From Macrostomum lignano (taxonomy: Eukaryota), in the NCBI GenBank assembly GCA_002269645.1, contig NIVC01003311.1, forward strand, positions 1 to 64,000: a stretch of 64,000 bases of DNA. Reading direction: 5' to 3'. Of the stretch, positions 35,874-49,900 are shown piece after piece. The first letter of the stretch is position 1, and the number at the start of each line of letters is the position of its first letter. The notes below the pieces were generated by a model. The model saw only the letters and a list, made by a program, of their open reading frames with translations, was not told the origin of the DNA and ran no database searches. The position numbers and the translations under genes were made by a program.

Positions 35874-37990
35874 ATGACAGCTACTAAAAGTAGTAGTATT
35901 GCTCCATTTCTGTTTGTTAGATTGAAGCATTACTACTGCCCGCCCTGCTGGTTAACAAGTAGATCCAGCTCTACCCTAGTTGGCCAGTCTCCGTCATCTA
36001 CTCTGAGGGCAATCCTATCAGAAGCAGAATGTCGATTGCAGTCTCCACCAGCGCACCCGTTTGTCCGAAATCTACTGTCGCAAGATCTTGGAGGTTTGGC
36101 CGCCAGCTTGCGTGGTTTGGCCGGCACGAAGCATCCACTGGTTGAGGATGCGAAACGGTCTTTGTTGTTCTCCGCTGTGGGAGGCAGTGGCGGCTTATCT
36201 AGTGATAGCAGTGCCTCATCAGCTTTGGCTTCAACTGTGGGTCAGACTCGGAGAGCTGTTGTGCTGCTAGTTGCTAGGGCTCACGAGGAGCTTTTGACTA
36301 AGTAGGTTGGCATACAGTGAAAATATCCTGTCTTTCATAAATGATGAAGCTAAGTAAAGATGCTGAATGAGGATGTTATGGAAATACGAGTATATTCCCA
36401 TTTTTTCATAAAATGGGAATGCCATAAATATATCCCATTTTTCATAAATAAGGATGCATAGAAATATCCCGTCTTATAAGCAAGGCCAGGGTGTTATGAA
36501 AATCTTCCACTTCTCATAAATGTTCATCTTATAAAATGTGCTATTTTTCGTAGCTGAGGATGCTACAAAAAATCCCATTTTTTCATAAATGAAAATGTCA
36601 CGAAAATTTCAGATGTTCTCTACTGTAGTTAAAATCTCCAATTTATTAAACTCTGCACAATATTATACTATCATAACTTAATTCCTAACTCTGTTCTCAA
36701 TCCCGACTTAACCAAGAGGCAGCGATCTGCACGACCTCGAACTTCTGCGCCGGCGCCAATGTCAGCTAGCAGACATTGCCGATTCTGTGTACACCGCCCT
36801 GTCAATCCATTCTCGAGTTGTACCGCCAACCAACTCTGATTTGGCTAAAGGCAACGCTTTAGCTGCTCTAGCTGGAGACTACTTGCTGGCGTCTGCTTCT
36901 CTGGGTCTGGCAGAGTTGGACAGACCGCCGGTTGTCAAATTAATTAGCGAAGCGATTTGCGATATTGTTGCTGGGCGCTTTAGCCTTATTGCGAATGCGG
37001 CTGGTACCGAGTAAGTTTCAAGCACTCTTGTTTTCTGATTGGCTGGTTGGTTAGTTGGGGAATCCCAGCTGTTTTCTGATTAGCTGGTTGGTCAGTTGGG
37101 GAATCCCAGCTGTTTTCTGATTGGCTGGTTGTCCAGTTGGGGAATTCCAGCAGACCAGCTGTTTTCTGATTGGCTAGTTGGTTAGTTGGGGAAACCCAGC
37201 TGTTTTCTGATTGGCTGGTTGTCCAGTTGGGGAATCCCAGCTGTTTTCTGATTGGTTGGTTGTTCAGTTGGGGAATCCCAGCTGTTTTCTGATTGGTTGG
37301 TTGTTCAGTTGGGGAATCCCAGCCGTTTTCTGATTGGTTGGTTGTTCAGTTGGGGAATCCCAGCTGTTTTCTGATTGGTTGGTTGTTCAGTTGGGGAATC
37401 CCAGCTGTTTTCTGATTGGTTGGTTGTTCAGTTGGGGAATCCCAGCTGTTTTCTGATTGGTTGGTTGTTCAGTTGGGGAATCCCAGCTGTTTTCTGATTG
37501 GTTGGCTTAGAAATCTATATTTTAAGGTTTACTATATAAATCAAAGTGCCAATTATACTTATTTAATTTTAGAAACAGCCTTAGCAGCAACAAATTGCCA
37601 GACCTGTCCGCTTGGCTCGACTATGTCCGTCTGACCTCTGCATCCTTACTATCGAAATCAATTCGCAGTGCATTGATTCTGGCAACCGACAATGCCAATT
37701 ACAATTATCAGCAGTGTGCAACCAGTTCTGCTGAGGATCAGTCTATCGAACAGTTCTCTGAGAGTTTCGCAATATTACAGCATGCCTATAAGGAAAAAGT
37801 TGAACACCCTTCAATCGCTGGAGCCTCTTGTCTGTTGAAAAGAATTTCAACTCCGGCAGAAATTAACGATCTGTTAAATTCGAATGCTGATCAATGTCTG
37901 TCAACCATTGACTCTTGGCCTGCTAGTGGCTACTGCACTCATTATTTGAGACAAATTGTTAGAGCACTGCTTGTTGAACAAAGAGTTTAA
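35874..37990 (+). CDS. PDSS2: All-trans-polyprenyl (decaprenyl) diphosphate synthase subunit 2, ~379 aa; exons 35874-36301, 36717-37010, 37573-37990
   Basis: ILSEAE...LLSQDLGGLAASLRGLAGTKHPL, RAVVLLVARA, QCQLADI, GNALAALAGDYLLASAS, SASLLSKS match PDSS2 ([46 protein letters not shown]). No DDxxD motifs, as expected for subunit 2. Junctions phase 2/2. Confidence 0.85.
37030..37505. repeat. Intronic 41 bp minisatellite (ggggaatcccagctgttttctgattggttggttgttcagtt) in PDSS2 intron 2
   Basis: Directly visible; fills most of intron 37011-37572. Confidence 0.95.
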
Positions 37991-38244
37991 TCAAGTTATT
38001 ACTGAGTGCCATTCTGTTCTGGGTACCGCTTTTAGTTTCCATTTATTAAAAGATGCTATATAAGTTTATTTGAATGCATTTTTTCTATTCCTAATTTCTT
38101 CTTTAATTTGTTAATCTTTGAATCACAGCATCAGTGACATTTTTATGTATAGAACATGAATATGTTGCGTTTCAGATCATATTGTCTTTGTGTCTTAATT
38201 TATTTACTTTTTTAAATATTAAGTGTCTCAATAACAAAGTCGGA

Positions 38245-39640
38245 GATTAGAAATGGGATTAGTGAGGTGATTTGGGATTAGTGAGATGATTTTGGATTAG
38301 AAATGGGATTAGTCGTGGGATTTGGGATTAGTGATGGGATTTAGGATTTTAAATTAGATTAGCGAGGTGATTTGGGATTAGAAATGGGTTTAGTGGTGGG
38401 ATTTGGGATTAGAAATGGGATTAGTGGTGGGATTTGGGATTAGAAATGGGATTAGTGGTGGGATTTGGGATTAGAAATGGGATTAGTGGTGGGATTTAGG
38501 ATTAGAAATGGGATTAGTGGTGGGATTTGGGATTAGAAATGGGTTTAGTGGTGGGATTTGGGATTAGAAATGGGATTAGTGGTGGGATTTGGGATTAGAA
38601 ATGAAATTAGTGGTGGGATTTGGGATTAGAAATGGGATTAGTGGTGGGATTTAGGATTAGAAATGGGATTAGTGGTGGGATTTGGGATTAGAAATGGGTT
38701 TAGTGGTGGGATTTGGGATTAGAAATGGGATTAGTGGTGGGATTTAGGATTAGAAATGGGTTTAGTGGTGGGATTTGGGATTAGAAATGGGTTTAGTGGT
38801 GGGATTTGGGATTAGAAATGGGATTAGTGGTGGGATTTGGGATTAGAAATGGGATTAGTGGTGGGATTTAGGATTAGAAATGGGTTTAGTGGTGGGATTT
38901 AGGATTAGAAATGGGTTTAGTGGTGGGATTTGGGATTAGAAATGGGATTAGTGGTGGGATTTGGGATTAGAAATGGGATTAGTGGTGGGATTTAGGATTA
39001 GAAATGGGATTAGTGGTGGGATTTAGGATTAGAAATGGGATTAGTGGTGGGATTTAGGATTAGAAATGGGTTTAGTGGTGGGATTTGGGATTAGAAATGG
39101 GATTAGTGGTGGGATTTAGGATTAGAAATGGGTTTAGTGGTGGGATTTGGGATTAGAAATGGGATTAGTGGTGGGATTTGGGATTAGAAATGGGTTTAGT
39201 GGTGGGATTTGGGATTAGAAATGGGATTAGTGGTGGGATTTGGGATTAGAAATGGGATTAGTGGTGGGATTTGGGATTAGAAATGGGTTTAGTGGTGGGA
39301 TTTGGGATTAGAAATGGGATTAGTGGTGGGATTTAGGATTAGAAATGGGTTTAGTGGTGGGATTTGGGATTAGAAATGGGATTAGTGGTGGGATTTGGGA
39401 TTAGAAATGGGATTAGTGGTGGGATTTAGGATTAGAAATGGGATTAGTGGTGGGATTTAGGATTAGAAATGGGATTAGTGGTGGGATTTAGGATTAGAAA
39501 TGGGATTAGTGGTGGGATTTGGGATTAGAAATGGGTTTAGTGGTGGGATTTGGAATTAGAAATGGGTTTAGTGGTGGGATTTGGGATTAGAAATGGGATT
39601 AGTGGTGGGATTTGGAATTAGAAATGGGATTAGTGAGGTG
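38245..39640. repeat. 31 bp G-rich minisatellite (gggattagaaatgggattagtggtgggattt)
   Basis: attt recurs at 38401 and 38432; three GGG tracts per unit. Confidence 0.97.
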
Positions 39641-39879
39641 ATTATTAAATAACCCAGTTATCAGTGAAAAGGAGATTAGTGGCTCGAACCCTGCATGGAT
39701 TAGAGATGTTTTCATGACACAAATTTTTCCCTGCAGGCAAAGGCGCCAACCTGCTCTGCCCCTCCCAATTCTTGTTTGTGTCTCATCTTCTCTTGCGCGT
39801 TTCAATTTTTTTTAACTAAAATTCTTGGTTCTTAAAGTTAAGTCATATAGACTCGAATTTCTTTTCTGAATCCGTTTTT

Positions 39880-40790
39880 AGTGTGTGATTCTCAGTGTGG
39901 GATTCCTAGTGTGCGATTCTCAGTGTGGGATTCCCAGTGTGGGATTCTCAGTGTGTGATTCTCAGTGTGTGATTCTCAGTGTGTGATTCTCAGTGTGGGA
40001 TTCCCAGTGTGTGATTCTCAGTGTGTGATTCTCAGTGTGGGATTCCTAGTGTGTGATTCTCAGTGTGTGATTCCGATTGTGTGATTCTCAGTGTGGGATT
40101 CCTAGTGTGTGATTCTCAGTGTGTGATTCTCAGTGTGTGATTCTCAGTGTGGGATTCTCAGTGTGTGATTCCGATTGTGTGATTCTCAGTGTGTGATTCT
40201 CAGTGTGTGATTCTCAGTGTGTGATTCTCAGTGTGGGATTCCCAGTGTGTGATTCTCAGTGTGTGATTCTCAGTGTGGGATTCCCAGTGTGTGATTCTCA
40301 GTGTGTGATTCTCAGTGTGGGATTCCTAGTGTGTAATTCTCAGTGTGTGATTCTCAGTGTGTGATTCTTAGTGTGTGATTCTTAGTGTGTGATTCTCAGT
40401 GTGATTCTCAGTGTGATTCTCAGTGTGTGATTCTCGGTGTTGGATTCTCAGTGCGTGATTCTCATTGTGTGATTCTCGGTGTTGGATTCTCAGTGCGTGA
40501 TTCTCAGTGTGTGATTCTCATTGTGTGGTTTTCAGTGTGGGATTCTCAGTGCGTGATTCTCAGTGTGTGATTCTCATTGTGTGATTCTCATTGTGGGATT
40601 CTCAGTGCGTGATTCTCATTGTGTGGTTCTCAGTGTGTGATTTTCAGTGTGGGATTCCCAGTGTGTGATTCTCAGTGTGTGATTCCCAGTGTGGGATTCT
40701 CGGTGTGGGATTCTTAGTGTGTGATTCTCAGTGTGGTTCTCAGTGTGGTTTTTCGGTTTGGGATTCTCAGTGTGTGATTCTCAGTGTGTG
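39880..40790. repeat. 14 bp minisatellite (tgtgattctcagtg / tgggattcccagtg)
   Basis: Directly visible; ends ~140 nt before the NADSYN1 ATG. Confidence 0.95.
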
Positions 40791-40930
40791 TCACGTATTC
40801 CTACGGTGATTGTCAGTAGATATTTTAGTGTGAATTTTTTTTTCAATTTCATGCAAATCTCCAACATAAAATTTGATTTCCCGAAAGAAGAAGCCTGCAG
40901 ATAAATAAACAAATATAATTTCGCAGCAAT

Positions 40931-43900
40931 ATGGAAGCCGCTAGCCTGTGCACAATGGCCACCTGTGTGCTCAACCAATGGTCCATGGATTTTGCCGGTA
41001 ATAAGCGCAGAATATTATCGAGTATTATCGAAGCTAAACGACTTGGAGCATCTTATCGACTTGGCCCTGAGCTGGAGATCACCGGCTACGGTTGTTCTGA
41101 CCATTTCTACGAAGGTGACACCTTTCTGCATAGTTGGCAGGTGTTAAGGGATCTGCTAATTGATCCGGCTACTAGGGATATTGTCTGCGATGTTGGCATG
41201 CCTGTGAGGCATCTCGGCGTGGCCTACAATTGTCGGGTTGTGTTTCTCAACGGTCAGGTGCTGCTCATTCGACCGAAAACTCGAATGGCTGACGATGGAA
41301 ATTACAGGTTATTAGTTAGTGTTTGTGATTTGAAGCAATCAGACCCTCCCTGAAGTTTGTGATTTGAAGCAATCAGACCCTCCCTGAAGTTTGTGATTTG
41401 AAGCGATCAGACCCTCCCTGAAGTTTGTGATTTGTAGTGACCAGACCCCTGAAGTATCTGAATAGAAGCGATCAGACCCTCCCTGAAGTATCTGAATAGA
41501 AGCGATCAGACCCTCCCTGAAGTATCTGAATAGAAGCGATCAGACCCTCCCTGAAGTATCTGAATAGAAGCGATTAGACCCTACCTGAAGTAGTGAAGTA
41601 TCTAAATAGAAGCGACTAGACCCTACCTGAAGTATCTAAACAGAAGCGATCAGACCCTCCCTGAAGTATTTGAATAGAAGCGATCAAACCCTCCCTGAAG
41701 TATCTGAATAGAAGCGATCAGACCCTCCCTGAAGTATCTGAATAGAAGCGATTAGACCCTACCTGAATTATCTGAATAGAAGCGACCAGACCCTCCGTGA
41801 AGTATCTAAATAGAAGCGATCAAACCCTCCCTGAAGTATCTAAATAGAAGCGACCAGACCCTCCCTGAAGTATCTGAATAGAAGCGATCAGACCCTCCCT
41901 GAATTATTTGAATAGAAGCGATCAAACCCTCCCTGAAGTATCTGAGTTTATCTTTTAATAGTTAGAAAAATATATGAGCCTCCATGAGCAGTGCTATAAT
42001 ACATTAATTATCAGGGGTTTAGAAGTCAGTAAATACCATACCCACCCGCAGGGAATCCCGCTGGTTCTCCCGTTGGACAAAACGCGGCGAAATTGACAAA
42101 ACTTTCCAGCTGCCAGACTTGATTGAGTCGGCCATTGGCCAATCCACTGCTCCGTTTGGCGACGCTGTGCTGGCATTTCGCGATGCCAGTCTGGGTTTTG
42201 AAACTTGCGAAGAGATTTGGACAATCGGATCCAGTCATATCGATCTGTTTCTGAATGGTGTTGACATTGTGGTGAACAGCTCGGGTAGCTATCACCAGCT
42301 GAGAAAGCTCAATCGCCGGGTAGATCTAATCTCTAGCTGTACTAATAAAGCTGGTGGATTGTATCTGTACTCTAATCTGAGAGGCTGTGATGGCGAACGA
42401 GTTTATTACGACGGTTCCGCTTTGGTTGCTATGAACGGCAGGTTGGTAGCTCAGAGTCGGCAATTCGCTTTAGAAGAAGTCGAAGTCACTTCGGCCACTG
42501 TTGACTTGGAAGAGATTCGCAACTATAGGCAGGCCAACCGGTCACACTGCCAGCAGAGCGCTGAGGCACCCGCATTGACTCGAATTGCTGTGCCGCAGTG
42601 GCGTCTGTGCCGCCAAGATGTGGCTGCGGCCTGTCAGGTGGGTGAGATGGTGAGATAGGTACTTGAGATTGCGGTGAGATAGATACGTGAGATTGGGGTG
42701 AGATAGATACGTGAGATTGGGGTGAGATAGATACGTGAGATTGGGGTGAGATAGATACTTGAGATTGGGGTGAGATAGATGCTTGAGATTGGGGTGGGAT
42801 ATATACTAGAGATTGGGGTGAGATAGATACGTGAGATTAGGGTGAGATAGATGCTTGAGATTGGGGTGAGATAGATACGTGAGATTAGGGTGAGATAGAT
42901 ACTAGAGATTGGGGTGAGATAGATGCTTGAGATTGGGGTGAGATAGATGCTTGAGATTGGGTGAGATAGATACTAGAGATTGGGGTGAGATAGATACTTA
43001 AGATTGGGGTGAGATAGATACGTGAGATTAGGGTAAGATAGATACGTGAGATTGGGGTGAGATAGATACGTGAGATTGAGGTGAGATAGATACGTGAGAT
43101 TGGGGTGAAATAGATGCTTGAGATTGGGGTGGGATATATACGTGAGATTGAGGTGAGATAGATACTAGAGATTGGGGTGAGATAGATGCTTGAGATTGGG
43201 GTGGGATAGATACTAGAGATTGGGGTGAGATAGATACTAGAGATTGGGGTGAGATAGATGCTTGAGATTGGGGTGGGATAGATACTAGAGATTGGGGTGA
43301 GATAGATACTAGAGATTGGGGTGAGATAGATGCTTGAGATTGGGGTGAGATAGATACGTGAGATTGGGGTGAGATAGATACTAGAGATTGGGGTGAGATA
43401 GATACTAGAGACTGAAGTGAGATAGATACTAGAGATTAGGGTGAGATAGATCCTAGAGATTGGTGTGAGATAGATGCTTGAGATTGGGTGAGATAGATAC
43501 TAGAGATTGGGGTGAGATAGATGCTTGAGATTGGGGTGAGATAGATGCTTGAGATTGGGTGAGATAGATAATTGAGATTGGGGTGAGATAGATAATTGAG
43601 ATTGGGGTGAGATAGATGCTTGAGATTGGGTGAGATAGATACTAGAGATTGGGTGAGATAGATACTAGAGATTGGGGTGAGATAGATAATTGAGATTAGG
43701 GTGAGATAGATACTAGAGATTGGGGTGAGATAGATGCTTGAGATTGGGGTGAGATAGATGCTTGAGATTGGGGTGAGATAGATACTAGAGATTGGGGTGA
43801 GATAGATGCTTGAGATTGGGTGAGATAGATAATTGAGATTGGGGTGAGATAGATACTAGAGATTGGTGTGAGATAGATGCTTGAGATTGGGTGAGATAGA

Positions 43901-46900
43901 TACTAGAGATTGGGGTGAGATAGATGCTTGAGATTGGGGTGAGATAGATGCTTGAGATTGGGTGAGATAGATGCTTGAGATTGGGGTGAGATAGATACTA
44001 GAGATTGGGGTGAGATAGATACTAGAGATTGGGGTGAGATAGATACGTGAGATTGGGGTGAGATAGATACTAGAGATTGGGGTGAGATAGATACGTGAGA
44101 TTAGGGTGAGATAGATACGTGAGATTAGGGTGAGATAGATAACTAGAGATTGGGGTGAGATAGATGCTTGAGATTGGGGTGGGATATATACGTGAGATTA
44201 GGGTGAGATAGATACTAGAGATTGGGGTGAGATAGATACTAGAGATTGGGGTGAGATAGATGCTTGAGATTGGGGTGGGATAGATACTTGAGATTGGAGT
44301 GAGATAGATGCTTGAGATTGGGATGAGATAGATGCTTGAGATTGGGTAAAATAGATACTTGAGATTGGGGTGAGATAGATGCTTGAGATTGGGTGAAATA
44401 GATACTTGAGATTAGGGTGAGATAGATACTTGAGATTGGGGTGAGATAGATACTAGAGATTAAGGTGATATAGATACTTGAGACTGGGGTGAGATAGATG
44501 CTTGAGATTGGGTGAAATAGATACTTGAGACTGGGGTGAGATTGATACTAGAGATTAGGGTGAGAAAGATACTAGAGACTGGGGTGAGATTGATACTAGA
44601 GATTAGGGTGAGATAGATACTTGAGACTGGGGTGAGATACTAGAGATACTAGATACTAGATATTAAGGCGAGATAGATACTTTGCATGTAAGACGGAGGA
44701 AAAGCGTCAAACGTGTAATAGTGTGTATTTAAGCTCACATTAATTCTCGAAAATACCAGTTCTAATAGTTAGAAATTTTTGTTTCAACTTACCAACGGCA
44801 GAGCACCAACCTACCAATGGAGCCCCGCTATCACACGCCGGAAGAGGAAATCGCCCTGGGCCCAGCCTGCTGGCTGTGGGATTATCTCAGACGAAGCGGT
44901 CAGTCAGGCTATTTTCTTCCCCTAAGCGGAGGCATTGACAGTACGGCCACTTCGTGTCTTGTCTACAGCATGTCTGTACAGGTGTTCGAGTCTGTTCAGT
45001 CCGGCTGTCAAGAGGTAATATAGTTACTTGGCTAAGAATTCTGAAACTTGCGCGTACTGTTTTCTAAGAATACTGAAACTTGCGCGCAATGTTTTTTTTA
45101 AGAATACTGATGCGCGCCCTGTTTTCTAAGAATACTGAAACTTGCGCGCAATGTTTTTTTTAAGAATACTGATGCGCGCCCTGTTTTCTAAGAATACTGA
45201 AACTTGCGCGCAATGTTTTTTTTAAGAATACTGATGCGCGCCCTGTTTTCTAAGAATACTGAAACTTGCGCGCAATGTTTTTTTTAAGAATACTGATGCG
45301 CGCCCTGTTTTCTAAGAATACTGAAACTTGCGCGCAATGTTTTTTTTAAGAATACTGATGCGCGCCCTGTTTTCTAAGAATACTGAAACTTGCGCGCAAT
45401 GTTTTTTTTAAGAATACTGATGCGCGCCCTGTTTTCTAAGAATACTGAAACTTGCGCGCAATGTTTTTTTTAAGAATACTGATGCGCGCCCTGTTTTCTA
45501 AGAATACTGAAACTTGCGCGCAATGTTTTTTTTAAGAATACTGATGCGCGCCCTGTTTTCTAAGAATACTGAAACTTGCGCGCAATGTTTTTTTTAAGAA
45601 TACTGATGCGCGCCCTGTTTTCTAAGAATACTGAAACTTGCGCGCAATGTTTTTTTTAAGAATACTGATGCGCGCCCTGTTTTCTAAGAATACTAAATCT
45701 TGCGCGCAATGTTTTTTTTAAGAATACTGATGCGCGCCCTGTTTTCTAAGAATACTGAAACTTGCGCGCAATGTTTTTTTTTAAGAATACTGATGCGCGC
45801 CCTGTTTTCTAAGAATACTGAAACTTGCGCGCAATGTTTTTTTTTAAGAATACTGATGCGCGCCCTGTTTTCTAAGAATACTGAAACTTGCGCGCAATGT
45901 TTTTTTTAAGAATACTGATGCGCGCCCTGTTTTCTAAGAATACTGAAACTTGCGCGCAATGTTTTTTTTAAGAATACTGATGCGCGCCCTGTTTTCTAAG
46001 AATACTAAATCTTGCGCGCAATGTTTCTAAGAAAACAAACTTCTGCGCATTGTTTTCTAAGAAAACTGAAACTTGCGCGCAATGATTTCTAAGAATACTG
46101 AAACTTGCGCGCAATGATTTCTAAGAATACTGAAACTTAAGCGCATTGTTTTCTAAGAATACTGAAACTTGCGCGCCCTGTTTTCTAATAAGAATACTAA
46201 ATCTTGCGCGCAATGTTTCTAAGAAAACAAACTTCTGCGCATTGTTTTCTAAGAAAATTCTATAGCTATATTAGCTATTATATAGCTAATATAGTTACTT
46301 GGCTAAGAATTCTGAAACTTGCGCGCAATGATTTCTAAAAATACTGAAACTTGAGCGCACTGTTTTCTGAGAATACTAAAATTCGCGCACACTGTTTTCC
46401 AAGAAAACTGAAACTGCGCATTGTTTTCTAAGAATACTGAAACTTGCGCGCACTGTTTTCTAAGAATACTAGATCTTGCGCGCACTGTTGCATACCAGAA
46501 CGAGTTTCATAAAATTTCTTCATTTAAATAAAATTCCAGGTGCTGCAAGACCTTCGCAGAATAGTTCGCGATCCTCAGTTCCTACCCGGCTCGCCGCAGG
46601 ACATTTGCTCGCGCCTGTTCACCACCTGCTATATGGGCTCCGAGAACAGCTCGAGTGAGACTAGACAGCGAGCTGAACAACTGGCTAAGGAGATTGGAGC
46701 AAGTCATCTGGCTTTGAGGATTGATGCTGCGGTATATATAGACTTTTGTATAGTTTATCCCATTTTTTATTATTCCAAATCCCATAAATGAGGATAATCC
46801 AATTTTGGATCCTAAGAGTCCCAATACATAATTGCTGGAAATAATTTAATCTCCGATATAAAAAATCCTCATTTATGATTTAATGGGATAAATCGATTTC

Positions 46901-49900
46901 CAATCTCAAAAATCCCAATTTGTGATTTGATGGGATAAATCGATTTCTAATCACAAAAATCCCCATTTGTGATTTGATGGGATAAATCGATTTCCAATCT
47001 CAAAAATCCCAATTTGTGATTTGATGGGATAAATCGATTTCTAATCACAAAAATCCCCATTTGTGATTTGATGGGATAAATCGATTTCTAATCACAAAAA
47101 TCCCCATTTGTGATTTGATGGGATAAATCGATTTCCAATCTCAAAAATCCCAATTTGTGATTTGATGGGATAAATCGATTTCTAATCACAAAAATCCCCA
47201 TTTGTGATTTGATGGGATAAATCGATTTCCAATCTCAAAAATCCCAATTTGTGATTTGATGGGATAAATCGATTTCTAATCACAAAAATCCCCATTTGTG
47301 ATTTGATGGGATAAATCGATTTCTAATCACAAAAATCCCCATTTGTGATTTGATGGGATAAATCGATTTCCAATCCCAAAAATCCCCATTTGTGATTTGA
47401 TGGGAAAAATGGATTTCCAATCTCAGAAATCCCCAATTATGATTTGATCGGATTAATCGATTTTCGATCCCCTAAAATCCCCAATCATGATTTGATGGGG
47501 TAGTTAAAATCCCTTATCCCTGCCCAAATCCAGGTATCGGCCCTGGTAGCCATATTCGTTGCCTGCACCGGTTTGCAACCGAAATTTCGAGCTCACGGTG
47601 GCAGCGCCCAGGAAAATCTGGCATTACAGAATGTGCAAGCTCGGGTTCGAATGGTGCTGGCCTATCTATTTGCTCAGCTGGTGCTGCTGGCAAGGTGAGC
47701 GCGGTGAACTTTGGACTTTTGGAGAGATTTGGAATAAGAATGGGATCTTGAGAGAGATTTGGGATGAGAATGGGATCTTGGGAGAAATTTAGGATAAGAA
47801 TGGGATCTTGGGAGAGATTTAGGATGAGAATGGGATCTCGGGAAAGATTTGGGATGAGAATGAGATCTGGGGAGACATTTAGGATAAGAATAGGATCTTG
47901 GGAGAGATTTGTGATGAGAATGTGATCTCGGGAGAGATTTGGGATGAGAATGGGATCTCGGGAGAGATTTGGGATAAGAATGAGATCTTAGGAGAGATTT
48001 GGGATGAGAATGAGATCTTAGGAGAGATTTGGGATAAGAATGAGATCTTAGGAGAGATTTGGGATAAGAATGGGATCTTGGGAGAGATTTGGGATGAGAA
48101 TGAGATCTTAGGAGAGATTTGGGATAAGAATGAGATCTTAGGAGAGATTTGGGATAAGAATGGGATCTTGGGAGAGATTTGGGATGAGAATGGGATCTCG
48201 GGAGAGATTTGGGATGAGAATGGGATCTTGAGAGAGATTTGGGATGAGAATGGGATCTCGGGAGAGATTTGGGATGAGAATGGGATCTTGAGAGAGATTT
48301 GGGATGAGAATGGGATCTCGGGAGAGATTTGGGATGAGAATGGGATCTTGAGAGAGATTTGTGATAAGAATGGGATCTCAGGAGAGATTTGGAATGAGAA
48401 TGGAATCTGGGAAGAGATTTTAAAGAATCTTTCTAAGATATTTCTTAGATATTTCTAACAATGTTAAGCTGCATGATGACCTGAGGGATAAAAGTTCTCC
48501 ATGTTTTCCCCACAGAGGCCTGACAGGCAACCTGTTGGTGCTGGGCAGCGCCAATCTTGACGAAGGCCTACGCGGCTACATGACAAAATACGACTGCTCT
48601 AGTGCCGATGTTAATCCCATCGGAGGGATTAGTAAATCCGATTTAAGATCATTTATCCGCTATTCGATGCGTAGGCACGGAATTAGCATTCTGGGAGAGA
48701 TTTTCTCAGCTCCGCCTACGGCTGAGTTAGAGCCACTGGCCGCTAATGGGCAGCTGGCCCAGACTGATGAAGTTGACATGGGTATGACCTACGATGAGCT
48801 GTCAGCATATGGCAGATTGCGCAAACTTGACAAGTGCGGCCCGGTTGCCATGTTCCTGCGCCTGCGGCGTCTGTGGCCTCAGCATTCCGCCAAAGTTGTG
48901 GCCGATAAAGTGAAGCATTTTTTTCGATCTTATTCGATTAACCGGCACAAAGTGACTGTGCTGACTCCGTCCTATCATGCAGAGGCTTATAATATTGATG
49001 ATAACCGGTTCGATCATCGGCAGTTTCTTTACAATGTCAACTGGCCTTGGCAGTTTCAACAGATTGATCAACTAGTTGACCAGATGGCCGGTTGCGAACC
49101 CGTGTTGACTACTGATAAAGTGAGTGTGAGTAGTAAGCTTGCATGTTTTTTATGTAGATGAGGGAATGTTAATTGGCTAGCCAAGTAACCAGGTAACCAA
49201 GTAACCGGGTAACCAAGTAACCGGGTAACCAAGTAACCGGGTAACCAAGTAGCCGGGTAACCAGGCAACTAAGTAACCAAGTAACCGGGTAACCAAGTAA
49301 CCGGGTAACCAAGTAACCGGGTAACCAAGTAACCGGGTAACCAAGTAACCGGATAACCAAGTAACCGGGTAACCAAGTAACCGGGTAACCAAGTAACCGG
49401 GTAACCAAGTAGCTGGGTAACCAGGCAACTAAGTAACCAAGTAACCGGGTAACCAAGTAACCGGGTAACCAAGTAACCGGGTAACCAAGTAGCCGGGTAA
49501 CCAGGCAACTAAGTAACCAAGTAACCGGGTAACCAAGTAACCGGGTAACCAAGTAACCGGGTAACCAAGTAACCGGGTAACCAAGTAACAGGGTAACCAA
49601 GTAACCGGGTAACCAAGTAACCGGGTAACCAAGTAACCGGGTAACCAAGTAACCGGGTAACCAAGTAACCGGGTAACCAAGTAACCGGGTAACCAAGTAG
49701 CCGGGTAACCAGGCAACTAAGTAACCAAGTAACCGGGTAACCAAGTAACCGGGTAACCAAGTAATCAGGTAACCAGGCAACTAAGTAACCAGCTATAACC
49801 AGGTAACCAGATAGCCAGGTAACCAAGGAACCAGGTAACTTAGTAAATTTTAACAGTTTTTCCATAAATATCTAACCAGATGGAGCTTGGTCATCCGGAA

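Noticed and set aside
27385-47510. 30-48 bp repeats with palindromic cores resembling CRISPR repeats
   Set aside because: Units are head-to-tail with no unique spacers, there are no cas genes, and the context is spliced eukaryotic DNA.
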